From: Felis catus
Taxonomy: Eukaryota
Reading direction: 5' to 3'
DNA length: 64,000 bases
Assembly (NCBI RefSeq): GCF_018350175.1
Contig: NC_058383.1
Location: 29,762,001-29,826,000, forward strand
Part shown: piece after piece, positions 60,517 through 64,000 of the stretch
Numbering within the stretch: the stretch's first letter is position 1
Layout: the number at the start of each line of letters is the position of its first letter
Notes under the pieces: model-generated
What the model was told of the DNA's origin: nothing
Seen by the model: only the letters and a program-made list of their open reading frames with translations
The model's database searches: none
Made by a program: the position numbers and the translations under genes

Positions 60517-61509
60517 ATGGACCCTGTTCACTTTAATGCATCTTTGGATTGTACTCTAATAACGAAAGAACTTAATTATCCAATTGCTCCCCTGCGCATA
60601 CAAGCTATATGCTTCATAATGTCGAATATGAAACCCCCCATGAAAGTGCTCAACCTGGAAAAATGGTATTTTGCTAACCGTGCTCGGGTATGCCTATGAC
60701 AAAACCTTTGGAGAGCTCAAACACTTGAAAATGTACTTCCCGAATCTTTGAGTACAATGAATGTTTCAGGAAGATACATGATACTTATTTGTGGCTTTTA
60801 AGAAGCCCTCAAACCTCAGTATGGACTCTATTTTGAGGCATGTTGGAAGACAGCAATCTGAATACTACTCCTGATACTGTCATCATTCTAATGAGAGGAG
60901 AACATTCATATGGGGCTGGATGGAAAAAAGCGCTATCATCTTTTTTACTAAGGCCAATCAAGTCCCAGAGTATGGGTAAATTATGGTAAAACTAGACCGG
61001 AGAACCACAGCTTGGATTAATGTCTTCTGTTACCTTCCCCAACTTTAGGTCTTAGACCAACATCCATAGACAACATTGTGTGGCAAAACAGCTTCTGAAT
61101 ATTCTCACCCCATCAGCTCCTTGGATGATAACTGTCTGCTTTAGCGTATCAAGGTCTTCACAGGAAGGGGCCAGAGAGCACCAGGGGACCTGATCTGGGG
61201 GTGCCGACTGCAAGGAAGCAGAAAGGCATCTGGCATTTTTACCTGAGAGATCTATTCGCCCTGGGAAGGAAGTGGGTGAAACCCCTTTCCTTGCTTTTAA
61301 GGCGAACTGAGCCTGCCCCCTGGAAAGGAAACCTTCAGGAATCATGGATCAGATTTGTTACTCTCACCCTGAAGGGAGGTGCAAAGGAGAAGATGAAGTC
61401 AGAGGTTGAAACTATCTTGTTGGGCCCCTCTCCAAGAGATGTCTTGCTAGACGCTCTTTCTTCTTTGGAAAGCTTAGCACAGGGGAATAGGGAATTTTCT
61501 TTGAGAAGC

Positions 61510-61845
61510 AGAGATCACAAATTCCAATACCCTCCAGGGGCTGGGGAGTGTTCCGGATAAAGGAAGGAGGCCAGGTGGGAAATGAGAGGACTAGAGACAC
61601 ATTGACCCAAAGCACAGTCATGCCCTATGCAGGCTCAGTGGATGCTGGCTTATGAAAACATGGGTTCAGAGTTGCCAGCCCTTCTAATTTTTCAAGAGAA
61701 GCCAGGAAGTCATTGGTTCACTTAAAATTTTCAAGTTAGAAATCCTGGCAAGTAATTCCACTTAAAAAAAAAAATACCATGCAGGCCAGACAGAACGTAT
61801 CTGTGTGCTAGACTTGGCCCACGGGTCATCGGTCTGTGGTTCGTT
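61510..61845. mobile_element. MER102-like hAT-Charlie element
   Basis: ttttcaagagaagccag...caggccagacagaacgtatctg...ttggcccacggg. Confidence 0.65.
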
Positions 61846-62869
61846 TGCAACATCAACTGAGGCCGTGAAATACCCCTTTTTTTTTTTTAAAAAAACTTCC
61901 AGTTAGGTGTGGGAAATGAGCCACACCACCAAAAATTATAATAAGAAAAAGGACATCCCTGAACATACTGTGTATTTGTATTTGTAGTTCCTGGACTCTC
62001 TTCCGTCTCTCTGCCCTCCCTCTGACTCGAGACAGACGGTCTTGGCCTCTTTATTTTGCTTTGCCATGTCCCTTGGCGGCTTCGTCATTTTTAGGTCACG
62101 TGGTCTTGGCACCCCAGCATCAACACACTGACTCGGGCTGAAGTTGGCTGTCAGTCTGATTAGCATATGGAGGAATTTGGAGCTGCTGTCCTCAACAGAT
62201 GAGACCTGGAGTCCCATTCTCAGACCACAAAGGCCAAGCCTTCAGCCTGTGTCCGTACAAATGTCATTCTGCATTCTGCAAGGGCTGGAGCCAAGAGCAT
62301 GGGACAGCTTTGGACAGAGCCCATCTTTAGCATGTCAGTGCCTCATGCGTCTGGTGATGGCCCTGAAATGTTATGTGCAATTAGAAGGCTCCTCCATAAG
62401 GCCACCAGACAGTTTATACGCAGCTCTGTGCTTTCCGGAGAGCAGACTTGAGATAGGCATTCATCAGTCAGGAAGCGTCTATTAAGTTCCTGCTATTAGC
62501 TGGGGATTGTTAAGGTGTTGGGTATTCAGCATTAAATGAGATAAACTTGGTCCCTACCTTCGTGGAGTTTACATTCTAAGCAGACAGGTACGCAGACACA
62601 CAAATATAAGAAGATTGGTAACGGGTAGTGACCGAGGACAGTGTCTCTTGTCATTGATGTGGCTGAGGGGTCATCTCTAGGGGGATAACTGAATCATATA
62701 TACTTTTTTAAAAAAGTGTGTGTGTGTCTTTGTGTGTCAGAGGTTGAAACTAGATCCTTAGTCCAGAGTGAAGAAATCAGATTCTTAAAGTTAAATATGA
62801 TTAAGGTCTAGAAATGTCACACAGCATAGTATTAGCAATGGTTATCTTTTAGTAGTGAGATTCCTATAG

Positions 62870-64000
62870 TCATTTAACTTAGAAAGCATTTATTGAGTGC
62901 CTAATATGACTTTGGTGCTGTACTGAGTGCTGGAAATGCAGTTGTGAGCAAGATAGATAATATTATATGGTAAAAAAGTGGAGAGTATTCTGAGGGAAAA
63001 AGTGTACTGTGGTAAAGAATAAGAAAGGGAATCACCTAATTTATAATGGTGGGTCAGGGCAACTTAAGCTAAGACTGAGAAATGAGAAGGATTCAATCAT
63101 GTGAAGAATATTGGAAGTGGGGACTGAGAGGAGTATTCCAGGTGATGAGAGACGCATGTGCAAAGGCCCTGGGGCTTGAGAGAATTTGTTATATTTGGAG
63201 AACTGAAAGAAAATTCATCAGGGTGGGTCAAGAGATAAAACTGGAGAGATTCTGAGGATCCAGTTCAGGCAAGCCGTAGAGTCATGGAGATCAGTTTTGA
63301 TTTTATGTGAAGAGCAATGAGAAACTATTGAGGGGTTGGGGTGTTGAGTTGGAGAGTGATGTGACTTCATGTACTTTTTTGAGAAGGCTATTCTTGATTG
63401 TTGGCTGGAGAGTGGATTTTTAGGGACAGAGTACAAGCGGAGAGGTCTGTTAGGAAGTCGTTCAGTCATTCTGGTGAGAGATGATTGTAGCTTGGACTAA
63501 GGAATCAGCACGGACCTTTATGGTCCTGTAGGTTGATCATTGCAGAACTCCAGGGGTACCATTCCTTAGACAACAATGTAAAAAGTGTTTCTTGGAGTTA
63601 AGCCCCAGAGTGGCCCCAAGTCTGGGGCAATAGTAGCAGGAGAGAGAGAGAGAGAGAGAGGTGGTTGGATTCAGGATGTGCTAATAGATTGGATTGGCAG
63701 GAGTAAAAAGAGGAGAGGACACTTATAGGTGACTCTTAGGTTTCTGAGTTGGATAACTTCAGGGATGTCGGTGGTGTTTTCGTAAAAGGGGAAGGACTGG
63801 ATATGGAACAGTGTGCAGAAGAGAAAGCAAGAGATTTTTCTTAAATTTGTTAAGTCGACAGTCGGATATGTAAGTCTGGCATTTAGAGTGGAAGTCGAGG
63901 CCAGATACAACATTTTCAGATCCTTGGGATAAAGGTTGCAGTTAAAGCCATTGACTTGGAGAGAGAAGAGGTGAGGTCTTGAGTCTTGATAATTTGATAG
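62870..64000 (-). mobile_element. L2 fragment running to the window end
   Basis: catttattgagtgcc...atgtgcaaaggccctgggg...gatagattggat...taggtttctg. Confidence 0.85.
63507..63630. mobile_element. MER91B-like palindromic MITE in L2
   Basis: aactccagggg...ccattc...tagacaacaatgt...ttggagtt inverted arms. Confidence 0.55.

Overview
This is mammalian non-coding DNA from a carnivore, almost certainly a felid: it carries about 33 tRNA-derived Can-SINEs including young SINEC_Fc-type copies, plus a cat-type L1 3' end. It is repeat-dense intronic or intergenic sequence. I find no credible host protein-coding exon, RNA gene, CRISPR array or prokaryotic system; the ORF track is explained by microsatellites, SINE frames, chance ORFs and one L1 ORF2 C-terminal fragment. 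The rest is ancient eutherian repeats (MIR, L2, L3/CR1, old L1M, MLT1/MaLR LTRs, hAT and Tigger elements), two ERV-type solo LTRs and several repeat-free blocks that may be regulatory. Most interesting: (1) a solo LTR at 26276-26763 with a 34-bp near-palindromic DR5-IR0-DR5 nuclear-receptor cassette upstream of GC box, TATA and a splice donor; (2) a motif-rich, TE-free block at about 23330-24530; (3) a 5'-inverted (twin-primed) old L1; (4) nested and abutting inverted SINEs; (5) faint ERVL dUTPase and possible env fossils. Repeat family names come from my recall of consensus sequences, not a database search, and boundaries of old repeats are approximate. The host gene or locus could not be identified.
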